36,902 bases of DNA, taken from the IMG/VR virus record IMGVR_UViG_3300032013_000004, positions 1-36,902 of that record; one strand, given 5' to 3'. The stretch comes from a virus. Its lineage: Duplodnaviria; Caudoviricetes. The notes beneath the pieces are model-generated. The model did not search any database, had not been told where the DNA came from, and saw only the letters and a list, made by a program, of their open reading frames with translations. The translations under genes were made by a program, and so were the position numbers. Positions 35,513-36,902 of the stretch are shown in pieces. How positions within the stretch are numbered: position 1 is the stretch's first letter; each line of letters opens with the position of its first letter.

Positions 35513-36091
35513 ATGAGAAAAGTAATCATCACACTCACATTCGTCGTTGCGTTCGCCGCTTCGACGTTCGCGCAGGACAAATCAAACGACAAAATCAAGC
35601 TGTCAGTCGGCTACGTCGGCAGCGAGTTTAAATTCGACCCGAACGAAGTTGCCGAATATCTGAATGGCTTTTGGATTGACGTAGACGGCAAGATTATCAG
35701 CAGGGGCGGCTTCCGTCTGGGCGGCGTCTTCAACTTTCAGCGCACTTTCGACGTGACGCAGCTTGACCCAGAGACTTACCCGGTTATGGGGCCGCTTCCC
35801 ACCGCCGCCCCGATGTTCGACGTGGTACAGCGCGATACCGACACCTATTCATTCGGCCCACGGCTCAGCTACAAGGCTGGCCCGGTTGAGCCGTTCGCTA
35901 CTGCGCTGTTTGGGTTCAGGAATCCAACCGACGTTTCCACGCGTCATTTCGTGCGCCGCTATCAATTGGGGGCCGACGTGAATCTTGGACATTTCTTTGT
36001 GCGTCCATTCTTCCTTGAGTACGAATTTACGCAGGGCTTCGCGGGTTCGTCCACTCACAAATACGGCGCGGGCGCCGGGTTTAGGTACTAG
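35513..36091 (+). CDS. Outer-membrane beta-barrel protein
   Basis: Sec signal peptide, alternating beta strands, C-terminal beta-signal 'YGAGAGFRY', AGGAG RBS. Confidence 0.8.
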   Translation: MRKVIITLTFVVAFAASTFAQDKSNDKIKLSVGYVGSEFKFDPNEVAEYLNGFWIDVDGKIISRGGFRLGGVFNFQRTFDVTQLDPETYPVMGPLPTAAPMFDVVQRDTDTYSFGPRLSYKAGPVEPFATALFGFRNPTDVSTRHFVRRYQLGADVNLGHFFVRPFFLEYEFTQGFAGSSTHKYGAGAGFRY

Positions 36092-36093
36092 CT

Positions 36094-36507
36094 ATGCCCC
36101 TATTCGAGTTTGCATGTCCGGTAGACGGCAACCACTTTGAAGAACTATTGCCGCGTCTACCAGCCGACGAACGCGCCGCATGCCCAGAGTGCGGCGCGCC
36201 GTCACCCCTTATCTGGTCGCTACCCGTCATGCGTCCCGACACGTATTGGGACGGCTATGTACACCCGAACTATGGCTACGTCACATCCAGCAGCCAGCTT
36301 AAGGCCATTATGAAGGAAAAGAACCACGTTCCCGTCGGTGACAGAAGCGACAGAGAAGCGTGGGACAAGATAGCCGACAACGCACAGAAAGCTAAAAAGG
36401 AAAAGCTTCAAAAGGATGTGCGCGGGTGGAGCGAAAAGACTTTCGGGCCATCAGGGTTGGGGCTTGGCGGCGCAGACGGCGAGAAGTTTATTAAAGAGAA
36501 TACTTAG
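36094..36507 (+). CDS. FmdB-family zinc-ribbon protein
   Basis: 'MPLFEFACPVDG.HFE...CPECG...IWS.P'. Confidence 0.85.
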   Translation: MPLFEFACPVDGNHFEELLPRLPADERAACPECGAPSPLIWSLPVMRPDTYWDGYVHPNYGYVTSSSQLKAIMKEKNHVPVGDRSDREAWDKIADNAQKAKKEKLQKDVRGWSEKTFGPSGLGLGGADGEKFIKENT

Positions 36508-36537
36508 GACGAAGTGAGTCAGAATGACACAAAGTTG

Positions 36538-36566
36538 TTGACTTTTACTCGTCCCACCGACAAAAT
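36538..36566 (+). promoter_or_regulatory. Promoter upstream of scaffold/capsid genes
   Basis: TTGACT-17 bp-CAAAAT. Confidence 0.45.
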
Positions 36567-36592
36567 GGATTTTCACAGCAGGGATTAGACTT

Positions 36593-36902
36593 ATGCAGAT
36601 TACAGTTCCAGTTGGCGGTTCGAATGTAGTTCCGGAAGGCGAAGGGCCATCACGGGACAGCGCGCCCGTTCAACGTAAATCGCTGCACACTGTTCGCATG
36701 GCGGCGCAAGTAGCGCAACCTGAGTACAAGCCGGAATGGAAAGAGAATGGCCAGCTAAGATGGGTTCCACAGGAGGCGGCGGCAGAAGAGCCAGCGGCAG
36801 AGGAGCAGGTTGTAGAATCTACCGTCCCGCGCGGAAACGGCGCAGCCAGTCAGGATGCGGGAGCGGGGCAACCCTACGACGCGCTACACCGCGAAATATC
36901 CG
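36593..36902 (+). CDS. Capsid scaffolding protein, N-terminal part (continues at window start)
   Basis: MQITVPVGGSNVV... open through the join, in frame with 142..717. Confidence 0.75.
   Translation, partial: MQITVPVGGSNVVPEGEGPSRDSAPVQRKSLHTVRMAAQVAQPEYKPEWKENGQLRWVPQEAAAEEPAAEEQVVESTVPRGNGAASQDAGAGQPYDALHREIS
36776..36902. repeat. Terminal direct repeat copy 2
   Basis: Identical to 1-127. Confidence 0.95.

Noticed and set aside
36776-36902. 127-bp terminal repeat as biological DTR
   Set aside because: It lies mid-gene and matches a common assembler k-mer length, so it is best explained as a circular assembly overlap.
1-36902. DGR, retron, CRISPR-Cas or DNA-modification genes
   Set aside because: No reverse transcriptase (YxDD), Cas or methyltransferase motifs and no TR/VR pair were seen by eye.

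Overview
This window is an apparently complete, circularly assembled temperate podovirus-like phage genome of 36,775 bp. Bases 1-127 are repeated at 36776-36902, consistent with an assembler overlap. The late region runs terS?-terL-portal-OMP beta-barrel-FmdB zinc ribbon-scaffold (split across the window ends)-major capsid-decoration-adaptor-nozzle-short tail proteins-three ejection proteins. It is followed by a secreted-protein moron, a strand-skew switch that may mark the packaging terminus, and a small early operon. Next come attP (3' end of a tRNA-Ser, with arm-type sites) and a tyrosine integrase, a leftward early operon (Xis-like, kinase, Sak/Rad52, SWIM), and a divergent pair of ribbon-helix-helix regulators in place of CI/Cro. 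The rightward early region holds a replication initiator with an internal iteron origin, a ParB-CTPase cassette and a DUF1064 nuclease. The most unusual element is the operon at 28816-30437. It has a structured leader and a 4-TM membrane protein whose stop follows a G_GGA_AAA slippery site and a hairpin, predicting a -1 frameshift fusion to a cytoplasmic, probably DNA-binding domain. That domain's own coding DNA carries an array of about 11 GGGAGC(A) motifs. Other oddities are a perfect 30-bp palindrome inside parB, genome-wide GATC avoidance except in the origin and parB cassette, and no recognisable endolysin. All protein assignments are by eye from motifs and synteny, with no database searches. 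The host is probably a diderm, possibly Acidobacteriota (inference).
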